Assembly (NCBI GenBank): GCA_963711395.1
Contig: CAVQEA010000014.1
Span: 113,181-177,180 of the forward strand
Direction: 5' to 3'
Source: an uncultured delta proteobacterium
GTDB lineage: Bacteria > Desulfobacterota > Binatia > JACPRU01
Length of the DNA stretch: 64,000 nucleotides
Under the pieces are notes generated by a model, which did no database searches, had not been told where the DNA came from, and saw only the letters and a program-made list of their open reading frames with translations. Within the stretch, counting starts at the first letter, position 1, and each line of letters starts with the position of its first letter. Positions 40,829-50,199 of the stretch are shown in pieces. A program made the position numbers and the translations under genes.

Positions 40829-41436
40829 GGGGCTACTTCTCGCCCCCGCATAGCATCGTCGCAGATGTCGTCGAGGAGCAGCGCCGCCGCCTCCGAACGA
40901 GTGCTCGAGAGAAGTCGAGAAGCGAAATCCCGTGAGCGGTTCGAGCTTGCGAAGGTCGGGAACCCGACGCTCGAGGTCTTCGAAGCCTGGGCGTAGGCTT
41001 CGTCGTACGGGACGCGGACGATCTCGGACGAGCTGCCCGCGACGTCGCGCACCATCTCGGCGAGTCGACTGATCGTGACCTCGCGATCGGAACCGAGGTT
41101 CACCACTTCACCAATCGCCGCTGGCGTTTCGATCAGGCGCAGCACCGCTTCGACCGATTCGCGGACGTGGCCGAAGCAGCGACTCTGTTCACCGTGCCGA
41201 ACACGCGAATGGGCTCGCTGCGCAACGCCTGGCCGGCGAAATTCGGCAGCACCATGCCGTAGCCCCCTGTCTGCCTCGGACCGACGGTGTTGAACAGTCG
41301 CACGATGATCACGGGGACCTGCTTCTCGCGCCAGTAGGCGAGCGCCAGTCACTCGTCGAGCGCCTTGGAGCACGTATAAGCCCATCGGGAGTGCCTCGTC
41401 GGCCCGAGGTGCAGATCGTCGTCTTCCGTGAACGGG
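40825..41436 (-). pseudogene. NAD-dependent epimerase/dehydratase C-terminal fragment. The N-terminal Rossmann part is missing and the fragment is cut at the 86-bp repeat element.
   Basis: The reverse translation gives [34 protein letters not shown] (the YxxxK catalytic region) and GEVVNLGSDREVTISRLAEMV. It stops exactly at the start of repeat copy A. Confidence 0.7.
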
Positions 41437-41437
41437 A

Positions 41438-41523
41438 GCGGATAGCGGGTACAAGAGGCCTGGAAGGGACATAACCCTCCATCTCGGACACTGGCTGTCG
41501 CACGACGGGCCCGATTTTACGGC
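41438..41523. repeat. 86-bp element, copy A (left inverted-repeat arm plus core), 100% identical to 44802..44887.
   Basis: gcggatagcgggtacaagaggcctggaagggacataaccctccatctcggacactggctgtcgcacgacgggcccgattttacgg occurs identically twice. Confidence 0.9.
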
Positions 41524-41819
41524 TCGCACTGGGCCGCCGTCCAGGCGCAGCTCGGCGCCATTTCGATCAGCAGAGCGCCCGCCGCGGTGATCACCGGCGC
41601 ACGGGTCCACGCACTGGTGCGCTCCGCGCCGACGGTCCAGAACGCCGCCGAGCCAGCCGACATGAAGATGATGCTGAAGAGATGGCGGACGAATCCCCGT
41701 CCACAGCAGATCAAGCCGCTGAGTAGAGTTGCCGCGGTGGTGAGAAAGAGGACGGTTGCGGTGACCAGATGAGGGGGAATCGCCACCGCGAGCTGCCCCG
41801 GCTGTGCAAGGAACGGCAT
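41517..41819 (-). CDS. Small hydrophobic protein (100 aa, about 3 TM). It is possibly a GtrA-like flippase component and possibly C-terminally altered by the repeat insertion.
   Basis: Three hydrophobic segments (VTATVLFLTTAATLLSGLICC, HLFSIIFMSAGSAAFWTVGA, APVITAAGALLIEMA). The context next to the GT2 gene is the only functional hint. Confidence 0.3.
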   Translation of the reverse strand: MPFLAQPGQLAVAIPPHLVTATVLFLTTAATLLSGLICCGRGFVRHLFSIIFMSAGSAAFWTVGAERTSAWTRAPVITAAGALLIEMAPSCAWTAAQCEP

Positions 41820-42106
41820 GAGAACATAGCCTACCGCTGCCTACCGCCCGTGTTCAAGATGAACGCGGCTGCGGTAGCTTGCTCAGCGCGCACCTTCCAG
41901 GCTAAAGGCAATCGCAGCAAGTTATGGAGTGTACTGCCGAGATCGCGCCCTTCGAGACGGCCGCTGAGGAGACGCGGCCTCCTCAGGGCGAGCGGTATGT
42001 GTTCTGGTCCGAGAAGGCAATTTTCCGCTCACCCTGAGGAGGCGCCGTCTCGAAGGGTGCGCCCTTGGCACCACGCCGCAAAGACAGCCGGTGCCAGACT
42101 GACTCC

Positions 42107-43400
42107 AATGCCGCTGCCGCAGATTGATCTCAGCGTACTGATCCCAGTGCTCAACGAGCGCGACAACCTGGTGGCATTGCTACCGCGTCTGCACCGTGTG
42201 CTCGCCCAGCTGGGATGTACGTACGAGGTTGTCGTCGTCGACGGCGGCTCGGCGGATGGGACGGTCGAGGCCGCAGAAGGCCTTGGAGCACGCGTGCTGG
42301 TGCAGCGCGCTCCCGGCTACGGCGGTGCACTGCGCGAGGGGTTCACCGCGGCCAGCGGCGCGTATGTGTTGACGTTGGATGCGGACCTATCGCACGACCC
42401 CGACTTCATCGTCAAACTGTGGCGCGCCCGCGAGCGCGCCGACGTGATCATTGCGTCGCGCTACGTGAAGGGCGGCGTGGCGTACATGCCGCTGAACCGC
42501 AAGCTGCTCAGTCGGGTGCTCAACCGGTTCTTCGCGCTCGGGCTCGGTCTGCCGGTGCGCGACATGTCCAGTGGGTTCCGACTCTATCGCGCCTCCGTGT
42601 TCGCTGGCCTGCGGTTGCAGGGCCGCAACTTTGACATCCTCGAAGAAGTGTTGGTGAAAGCGTATTCCGAGGGCTGGCGGGTCGTCGAGATCCCCTTCAC
42701 CTACTATCCGCGTGATGCAGGATCGTCGCACGCCCGCGTCGTCGCGTTCGGTCTCGACCTGCTGCGCGCGTTCGCCCGCCTGTGGGGCTTGCGGAACTCC
42801 CTCGAGTCGGCCGACTACGACGAACGCGCCTTCTACAGTCGGATCCCCGTGCAGCGCTACTGGCAGCGCCAGCGCCACCGCATCATTACCGCAATGGCAC
42901 GCGGTGCGGGTCGTACGCTGGACGTTGGCTGTGGCTCGAGCGTGATCCTGCAGAGTCTGAACGACGCGATCGGCATCGACATCCTGGCGAACAAGCTGCG
43001 CTACATGCGGCAGTACGGCGTGCCGCTGGTGCGCGGCTCGATCCTCGCCCTACCGATTCGCGACGCCAGCGTCGACTGCGTCGTGTGCTCGCAGGTGATG
43101 GAGCACCTACCTGCCGACCAGACCGTGTTCCCCGAGTTGCTGCGTGTGCTGCGCCCCGGAGGTTTGCTCATAGTTGGCACCCCTGACTACGACACCGTCG
43201 GCTGGCGCACGATTGAGCCGTTGTATCGGATGGTCGTGTCGAGCAGGTACCAGAACGCGCCCATCACGCACTACACTCGGGCGAGTCTCGCCGAGCTGGC
43301 GGCGCGCTACGGGCTCACGATGGTCGAGCGGGCGTACGTCTTGCGCAGCGAGCTCATCGTTGCGATGCGCAAGGCAGAAAGCGCAAAACGTGAAACGTAA
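42107..43400 (+). CDS. Bifunctional protein: an N-terminal GT2 DPM1-like polyprenyl-phosphate glycosyltransferase fused to a C-terminal class I SAM-dependent methyltransferase (431 aa).
   Basis: GT2 part: LSVLIPVLNERDNL, VVVDGGSADGT, LDADLSHDP (DxD), SSGFRLYR. Methyltransferase part: LDVGCGSSVILQSL (motif I), DCVVCSQVMEHLP, LRVLRPGGLLIVGTP. Confidence 0.8.
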
Positions 43401-43521
43401 AACGTCCTCAGCGCCGACGCCAAGGGACCGCACGGACTAGCTCTAACGTGCAGTGGATGCGCGAGGTTCAATCTGGATGTGCCAAGTTCTATCGGCCCTG
43501 CGTCTCGAGTCGACTCTCAGT

Positions 43522-44649
43522 TCAGTCAGTCACGATCGACTCCTTGTCCTTCGGACCACGCCCAAGCTTTCGCAGCAAAAACGCTCGCAAATCCGGTGCA
43601 TATGGACTCGGCCCGCCGACCCGTGAAGCGAGTTCCAAGTTGTTCAACGCTTGCTCGTATTTGCCAATCAAAGCTTGTTCCCCGGCAAGCGATTCAAGAA
43701 TATCCTGACTCTGCGGCGAGAGCTGATTCGCCCTTTCTAGATCTTCGATCGACTTCTGAGTTTCACCGAGCGCGCCGAACACCTCCCCGCGTGCCTGGTA
43801 AAATATCGCCTCATCTCCCCCCTTCTCGATCGCCTCTGTGTAAGCCTTGATCTCCAAGGCAAAGTCCCTTTCCCCGCTATACGCCCAGCTGGCCCTATCG
43901 AAGGCGGGAAATCCCTTGAGCACTACGAGCCGAGGATTTTCAGACACGAACTTTTGCGACCCCTGAGCGAACGCCTCCATGGCTTCCACCGAACCTCCCC
44001 ATCGCGGTTGGAGACACCTCATCATTTCCAGCCTGACAACAAAGCTAGCTGGAACGACGTCCAGTGCTCTTTCGCCGAGCTTCATGCACTTGTCCGTGGC
44101 TCCGTTCGACCGTTCCCATTGCAACAAGAGAACGTACGCCTGAGCGACCTTCGGATTTAGAGACAACGCGGCCTGCGCTTCACGCGCGCCATGAGCGAAG
44201 AGCGATTGCATGTCTGCAATCCGCCCAGCGCTGGTGTCACTCGTCACTTGGCCTCCCCGCGCACGCCATCCCTGTTTGAACGAGTAAGTCGCCCATGCGA
44301 GGTGTGAAGAGTACGAAGCAGCTGAATGCTTGACCCATTCTGACAGCAGGTCATCAAGGCTCGGATCACTGTTTTCGAACGTCTGGAAGGCCATCCTCAA
44401 GTTGGCCTCCTCGGTGACGTCTTTCTCAGCGCTCTCTTGGTATGACTTCAAGCGCGACTCGAGAGCATCGAAGCGACGCGCTCGCAAATTTTCAAGAATA
44501 TCGAGCTTGTTGACGGTGAAGGGTGGCGTCAGGGGTTTCAGAGGCCTGGCCTTCACGTCGCCACCGGTGGCGCGCCGCGCTAACGGCCCGAATACTGCCA
44601 GACAACCCAGCGCGAGAAGGAGTGAGATTCGACGACATGTTCTTCTCAT
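43522..44649 (-). CDS. Secreted alpha-helical repeat (TPR-like, DUF4034-like) hypothetical protein (375 aa), low GC.
   Basis: Signal peptide MRRTCRRISLLLALGCLAVFGPLA, followed by all-helical repeat-like content. Confidence 0.5.
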   Translation of the reverse strand: MRRTCRRISLLLALGCLAVFGPLARRATGGDVKARPLKPLTPPFTVNKLDILENLRARRFDALESRLKSYQESAEKDVTEEANLRMAFQTFENSDPSLDDLLSEWVKHSAASYSSHLAWATYSFKQGWRARGGQVTSDTSAGRIADMQSLFAHGAREAQAALSLNPKVAQAYVLLLQWERSNGATDKCMKLGERALDVVPASFVVRLEMMRCLQPRWGGSVEAMEAFAQGSQKFVSENPRLVVLKGFPAFDRASWAYSGERDFALEIKAYTEAIEKGGDEAIFYQARGEVFGALGETQKSIEDLERANQLSPQSQDILESLAGEQALIGKYEQALNNLELASRVGGPSPYAPDLRAFLLRKLGRGPKDKESIVTD

Positions 44650-44801
44650 TGATCCAATTGCACCATTTTCCAGAAGCCCGTAGGCGGGCCGAACCTGGAG
44701 CGATCACCTAGCTGAAGTTTAGCACCGCGATCTCGAAGCAACCTAGCTGCATAGTCGTGCGTTCGGGTCTCAAATCGACGTGGCGACCATGCGATGCGGC
44801 G

Positions 44802-44905
44802 GCGGATAGCGGGTACAAGAGGCCTGGAAGGGACATAACCCTCCATCTCGGACACTGGCTGTCGCACGACGGGCCCGATTTTACGGCCTCTTGTACCCGC
44901 TATCC
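44802..44905. mobile_element. Repeat copy B: the same 86-bp sequence, here complete, with perfect 21-bp terminal inverted repeats around a 58-bp core (a MITE-like element of 101 bp).
   Basis: GGATAGCGGGTACAAGAGGCC ...58 bp... GGCCTCTTGTACCCGCTATCC. The two arms are exact reverse complements. Confidence 0.8.
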
Positions 44906-44906
44906 A

Positions 44907-45527
44907 GGAGGGACGTAGATCCCGGGCAGGCGCCCCAAACGAACGGGCAACATAGTCGAGCCGCTTCAGCCAGCTTCCGGTGTTGATGATGTACCGTCGG
45001 TCGACTTCGCGCAGGGATGGAATGTGGGTGTGCCCCGTACACGAAAAGCGCGACCGACGGTGGTCCCAGGCGAGCGCGTAGCGAAGCCGGTGCGGCAGGG
45101 TCAGCACCCACTGCCGCACGGGCAGGCCGCCGAGCACGTGATCGGTCAGGTGAGCAGCCAGTTCGGCCATCCGCCGGCCGCAGCAAGACGGACAGAATCC
45201 TCGCCCTTTGCACGAGAAGGCGACCAAAATCTCATGCCCGCACCCATCGCAGCGAAAGCGGGCGAACCCGCGCGCCAGGACGCCGCAGGAGAGGAACTCG
45301 CGAAGCTCCCGCTCGACGAACCTCGGCAGTCCGTCGCCGTCGCTGCGTGCTCTCGCCTCGGCGAGGAAGGTCTCGAGGTGCTCGCGCAGGGTCCGGTGCA
45401 GCACGCCGTGCTCCGGTCGCCGGGGCATGTACGTCCCGGTCGGACAGCCATCGTGCCCGCGGGTCCCGGCACGAATCGCGTCGCCGTCGCCTCCACGTGG
45501 GGGCGTCATGTGCGCGGACCGTGCCAC
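44907..45527 (-). pseudogene. IS91-family (HUH Y2 rolling-circle) transposase, N-terminal zinc-binding fragment only. It is truncated at the MITE-like element.
   Basis: PRRPEHGVLHRTLREHLETFLAEARARSDGDGLPRFVERELREFLSCGVLARGFARFRCDGCGHEILVAFSCKGRGFCPSCCGRRMAELAAHLTDHVLGGLPVRQWVLTLPHRLRY is the conserved IS91/IS801 transposase N-terminus. No catalytic domain follows. Confidence 0.8.
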
Positions 45528-45641
45528 CAGGGAAGCATTCGCCGGAACGGCAGTTGCCTCTCGTGCAGCGATCGCTACTGCCCGGGTCCGGGCGCGGCAT
45601 GCCGGATCTGGGCGTCAGAAGCGAGTGCCACGCCGCTTGTC

Positions 45642-46020
45642 TCACGACCAGAGGATCGGAACTCCGTAGGCCCGAAAGCCGGGATCGCGCGTGACGACGG
45701 TGAGCCCTTCCGCTGCAGCCTGCGCGATGAGGATTCGGTCGAAGGGATCGCGGTGATGCATGGGCAGGTGGCGAACTAGACTGGTATGGTGGATGCGCAC
45801 CGCCAGCTCTGCAAAACCCGCCTCCTCGGCGGCCTCGACGGTCCGGGTCATGTCGAGTTCGATCCTGCCGAGCGCGGCCTTGATCGCCAACTCCCAGGTC
45901 GACGCTGCGCTCACGTACACCTCGTTTCGCGGATCGGTGAGCCCCCGCGCGACGTTGGATGGAAGCTTTCGCGGCGCGCTCAGCGCCCATACGAGCGCAT
46001 GGGTGTCGAGCAGAAGGTTC
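45642..46020 (-). CDS. vapC: Type II toxin VapC (PIN-domain ribonuclease). No canonical start codon is found in frame, so it is either frameshifted or uses an alternative start.
   Basis: LNLLLDTHALVWALSAPRKLP...NEVYVSAASTWELAIKAALGRIEL...HRDPFDRILIAQAAAEGLTVVTRDPGF. The PIN acidic residues D (in LLDTH), E (in STWE) and D (in RDP) are present. Confidence 0.8.
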
Positions 46021-46252
46021 AGCGCTTCCCCTCGAAGGCGGCGAGCAGGTCTTGCGGCAAAGGGGCGTCGAAGTCGGCACGCATGCGGATCTTGCCCCTG
46101 AGGGACCCGAGCTTGCGCGGTTTTCGGGCGGGGCGAAGCGGCGCCAGTCGGGCGACCGGCCGGCCGTTGCGCGTGATGATGATCTCCTCGCCCGCTTCGG
46201 CGCGATCGAGCAGTCGCGACAGCTGCGTCTTTGCCTGGTAGACGTTCACCAT
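46019..46252 (-). CDS. Type II antitoxin, Phd/YefM (prevent-host-death) family (77 aa).
   Basis: MVNVYQAKTQLSRLLDRAEAGEEIIITRNGRPVARLAPL is the Phd/YefM N-terminal fold. Its stop abuts the VapC coding region. Confidence 0.85.
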   Translation of the reverse strand: MVNVYQAKTQLSRLLDRAEAGEEIIITRNGRPVARLAPLRPARKPRKLGSLRGKIRMRADFDAPLPQDLLAAFEGKR

Positions 46253-46329
46253 GTGGTCTGACTAGACCAGATCTAACACGGCTTCAAGCCTCCCCCGAAC
46301 GCGGCAATGCGCCGCCACCGTTGCGCGCT

Positions 46330-46520
46330 CACGCTGGCGAACGGCTGGCGGAACCTGGTAACAGTGAGACTTGCCCCCTCCCGTCGGCATCACCACCAGC
46401 GAGTCGCGCTGCGCGAGGCCCGCCTCGATCGCCTCCGCGCTGGAGCGGCCGCAGCTCGCTGAACCCCCAGTAGCGGCCGACGGCCGCGAGCACCGAGTCG
46501 CGCGGCGACGCTTCGTTCAT
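46330..46520 (-). pseudogene. recQ: recQ-family DNA helicase 5' remnant (about 60 codons), truncated at the island boundary.
   Basis: MNEASPRDSVLAAVGRYWGFSELRPLQ...DSLVVMPTGGGKS(H)CYQVP is the RecQ N-terminal motif 0 / Walker A region. Homology is then lost and a stop follows. Confidence 0.7.
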
Positions 46521-46681
46521 GACGGCATCATGACGATTCGCGCACGCCCCTTCCAAAGCCTCGCCGCCGAGCGGGCTCCGCCGAAGCGATTGGTTTCGGC
46601 GCGCGCCTTGAAAAGCGAGGCCGGCGCCGCCCATACTCGTCGATCTTGCGATTGCCGCGGAGCGGCGAGGAGAAGAATCGA

Positions 46682-47320
46682 ATGAAGATCTACGACTGGC
46701 GACTGGCCCCGAATCCACGCCGTGTCCGGATGTTCCTGGCGGAGAAGGGTCTCGACGTACCGCTCGAGGAAGTCGGCGACGGCATGCGCCTCAAGCCCGA
46801 GTTCGTCGCGCGCTTCGATCCCCACGCCACGACGCCGACCCTCGAGCTCGACGACGGCACCTGCATCAGCGAGGCGATGGCGATCTGCCGCTACTTCGAA
46901 GATCTCCACCCGGAGCCACGGCTGATGGGACGCGACGCCAAGGAAAAGGCGATCGTGGAAATGTGGGAGCGCCGGGCGTACGAGGGCGCGATGTTCGCGA
47001 TCTCCGAGATGCTCCGCAACACACATCCCGCCTTCGCCCAGCGCGGGCTTCCCGGCACCGCCGAGCCGATCGAGCAGGTGGCCAGCATGGTCGAGCGCGG
47101 CCGCGGACGGCTGCGGCGATTTTCGGCGAGCGCAGACGAGCAGCTCGCGGAAAACCGCTTCATGGCCGGCGACGCGTTCAGCGTCGCGGACATCACCGCG
47201 TTCTGCGCGCTCGACATGCTGGGCCGGATGCTCGACGCACCGATCGCGCCGGAGCAGGCAAACCTGCGGCGGTGGTTCGGGGAGGTCGCGAAGCGGCCGA
47301 GCGTCGCCGCCTCCGCGTGA
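46682..47320 (+). CDS. Glutathione S-transferase (212 aa).
   Basis: MKIYDWRLAPNPRRVRMFLAEKGLDVPLEEV...TTPTLELDDGTCISEAMAICRY is the thioredoxin-like N-domain. FSVADITAFCAL is the C-domain. Confidence 0.85.
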   Translation: MKIYDWRLAPNPRRVRMFLAEKGLDVPLEEVGDGMRLKPEFVARFDPHATTPTLELDDGTCISEAMAICRYFEDLHPEPRLMGRDAKEKAIVEMWERRAYEGAMFAISEMLRNTHPAFAQRGLPGTAEPIEQVASMVERGRGRLRRFSASADEQLAENRFMAGDAFSVADITAFCALDMLGRMLDAPIAPEQANLRRWFGEVAKRPSVAASA

Positions 47321-47332
47321 TCGGGAGCCGTC

Positions 47333-48479
47333 GTGTCCGCTGACCTCTACTCCACGCCCGAGCACGAGAGCTTCCGTCAGACGGTGCGGAAGTTCGTCGA
47401 GCACCGACCTCGCCCCGCGCGCGCGCGAGTTCGATCAGATGGGGCGCATCGACAAGAAGCTCTACCGCAAGATGGGCGAGCTCGGCATGCTCGGCATCTG
47501 CTACGACCCGAAATGGGGCGGCGGTGGCCTCGACTGGTCGTTCACGGCGGTGATGTACGAGGAGCTGGCGCGCGCCGACAACGCCGGCGTGGTGATGGGC
47601 ATCAGCGTGCAGACCGACATGGCCACGCCGTCGCTCCACCAGTTCGGCACCGACGAGCTCCGCCGGCGTTATCTGACGCCGGCCGTCAAGGGCGAGATGG
47701 TGGCTTCGATCGCGGTCACCGAGCCCGACGCCGGCTCCGACGTCGCGGCGATCAAGACGCGGGCGGTGCGCGACGGCGATCACTGGGTGATCAACGGCTC
47801 GAAGATCTACATCACCAACACCGCCAACGCCGACTGGATGTGCCTGCTCGCCGTCACCGATCCCTCCGCGGGCTACGGCGGCTTCTCGCAGATCGTGGTG
47901 CCGACCGACTCGCCGGGCTTCAGCTATCGGTTGCTCGACAAGATCGGCAACTGGGGCTCGGACACCGGGCTCATCTTCCTCGAGGACGTGCGCGTGCCCA
48001 TGGCCAACACGATCGGCCAGATCGGGCGAGGCTTCCAGCAGCAGATGATGCAGTTCCAGGACGAGCGGCTGGTCGCCTGCATCACCTCCTACGCAGGCTC
48101 GCAGGTTCTCTGGGAGAAGACGCGCAAGTACTGCGAGGAGCGAAAGCTCTTCGGCAGCCGCCTGATCGACATGCAGGTGACGAAGTTCAAGCTCGTCGAG
48201 ATGCTCACGCAGATCACCGCGGCGCGCGAACTGACTCACGAATGCATCCGCAAGCGCATGCGCGGCGAGGACGCCACGCTGGAGATTTCGATGGGCAAGC
48301 TCGTCAGCGGACGCACCAGCCGCGCCGTCGCCGACGAGTGCATCCAGCTCCACGGCGGCTTCGGCTACATGAAGGAAAGCCCCGCCGGCCGCGCCTTCGT
48401 GGACACGCGCCTCATCTCGATCGGCGGCGGCTCCGACGAGACGATGATTCACTACATGGCGAAGATGTTACGCCTCTGA
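47333..48479 (+). CDS. Acyl-CoA dehydrogenase, with one apparent frameshift near 47410.
   Basis: ASIAVTEPDAGSDVAAIKTRAV, WVINGSKIYITN, MGKLVSGRTSRAVADECIQLHGGFGYMKESPAGRAFVDTRLISIGGGSDETM. Confidence 0.85.
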
Positions 48480-48572
48480 GACTCGTCCGCCGCTCGCACG
48501 CCCGAAGCCGGAACCCGTCTTGAATTCCCTCGGTGATTCATGTCAGCTGCTTCGAGCGTAGGAGCTGCGACG

Positions 48573-50199
48573 ATGAGCGCTAGCGACACTGGCAGTCGGC
48601 TCACCGCGGCGGTTTCGGCGACCCGCGGTGAAGGCCTGGCGGATGCCGGCGTCGATGTGATCCGCGCCAAGGATCCGGTCACGATCGTCATCTTCGGCGC
48701 CTCCGGCGATCTCGCCAAGCGCAAGCTGATCCCCGCGCTCTACCACCTGCAGGCGGGCGGCTACCTGCCGGAGCGCTACGCCGTCGTCGGCTTCTCGCGC
48801 ACGCCGATGAGCGACGAGGCCTATCGCGAGAGCATGCTCGACGGCGCTCCGCGAGCAGGTGAAGAGGCGACACGCCGATCGCGGCCGACCACCCGATCGT
48901 CCAGGCGCTCCACTACCAGCGCCGGCGACGCCGACAAGCCCGCGATCGTTCCAGGCGCTGAAGGCGCCGCTCGAGGCGATCGAGCGCGAGCGCGGCCTGC
49001 CCGGCAACCGGCTCTTCTACCTCTCGGTCGCGCCGGAGTTCTTCCCGCTCATCGTCGAGAACCTCGCGGCCGCCGGCCTGATCCGCCACACGAACGACAC
49101 CGACCTGGTCGCGCGTCATCATCGAGAAGCCCTTCGGCCACGATCTCGAGAGCGCCCGCGCGCTCAACGCCATCGTCGGCGACCACGCCTCGACGAGAGC
49201 CAGATCTACCGCATCGATCACTACCTCGGGAAAGAGACGGTCCAGAACATCCTGAGCTTCCGCTTCGGCAACTCGATCTTCGAGCCGCTCTTCAACCAGA
49301 AGTACGTCGACAACGTGCAGATCACCGTCGCCGAGACGCTCGGCATGGAAGGCCGCCGCGGCGCCTACTACGACACCGCCGGCACGCATGCGCGACATGG
49401 TGCAGAACCACATGCTGCAGCTCCTCTGCCTGATCGCGATGGAGCCGCCCTCGGCGCTCGAGGCGCAGTCGATCCGCGACGAGAAGGTGAAGGTGCTGCG
49501 CGCGCTCGATGCCGATGACGCCGCAAGGAGGTCGCCGCCAACGACCGTGCGCGGCCAGTACGGCGTGGGCGAGCAAGAACGGCGCAGGTCGTGAAGGGCT
49601 ACCGCCAGGAGGAAGGCGTCGACCCGCAGTCGACCACCGAGACCTACGTCGCGCTGCGCATCGAAGATCGACAACTGGCGCTGGGCCGGCGTGCCGTTCT
49701 TCCTGCGCTCCGGCAAGCGCCTCGCCAAGCGGGTCTCCGAGATCGCCGTCGAGTTCAAGCAGCCGCCGCTGCACCTCTTCCGCCAGCTCGGCGAGCGAGC
49801 GACGAGGTCGTCGCGGCGCGGCCGATGTCGAACGTCCTCGTCATGCGCATCCAGCCCGACGAGGGCATCAGCCTCTCGTTCGCCTGCAAGCGGCCCGGCA
49901 TGCGCATCCAGCTCGACGAAGTCGAGATGGACTTCTTCTACGGCGAGGCCTTCCAGCAGCGCTCGCCGGAAGCCTACGAGCGGCTGCTGCTCGACGCGCT
50001 GCGCGGCGACGCCTCGCTCTTCACGCGCTCCGACGAGGTCGAGTACGCGTGGCGCTTCATCACCGCGATCCACGAGGGCTGGGCGAGCCTGCCGCCGCCG
50101 AGCTTCCCGAACTACTATCCGTTCACCGACGGGCCCGACGAGGCCAACCGGCTGCTCGAGGGCACGCAGGCCCGCTGGCGACCCCTGGCAGAGATGTGA
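48573..50199 (+). CDS. zwf: Glucose-6-phosphate 1-dehydrogenase, with multiple apparent frameshifts.
   Basis: [19 protein letters not shown] (NADP site), [21 protein letters not shown] (active-site RIDHYLGKE), [32 protein letters not shown]. Confidence 0.9.

Noticed and set aside
41769-42106. 5' extension of the GT2-methyltransferase ORF (543 aa in the ORF track)
   Set aside because: The upstream 113 codons are Arg/Pro-rich junk overlapping the small membrane protein gene on the other strand. The conserved GT2 N-terminus begins at MPLPQIDLSVLIPVLNE (42107).
43400-43430. Short tandem motif aaacgt-gaaacgt-aaaacgt after the GT2-methyltransferase stop
   Set aside because: Only three imperfect 6-7-bp units. 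Too short to call a repeat array or CRISPR. Probably just the 3' UTR.
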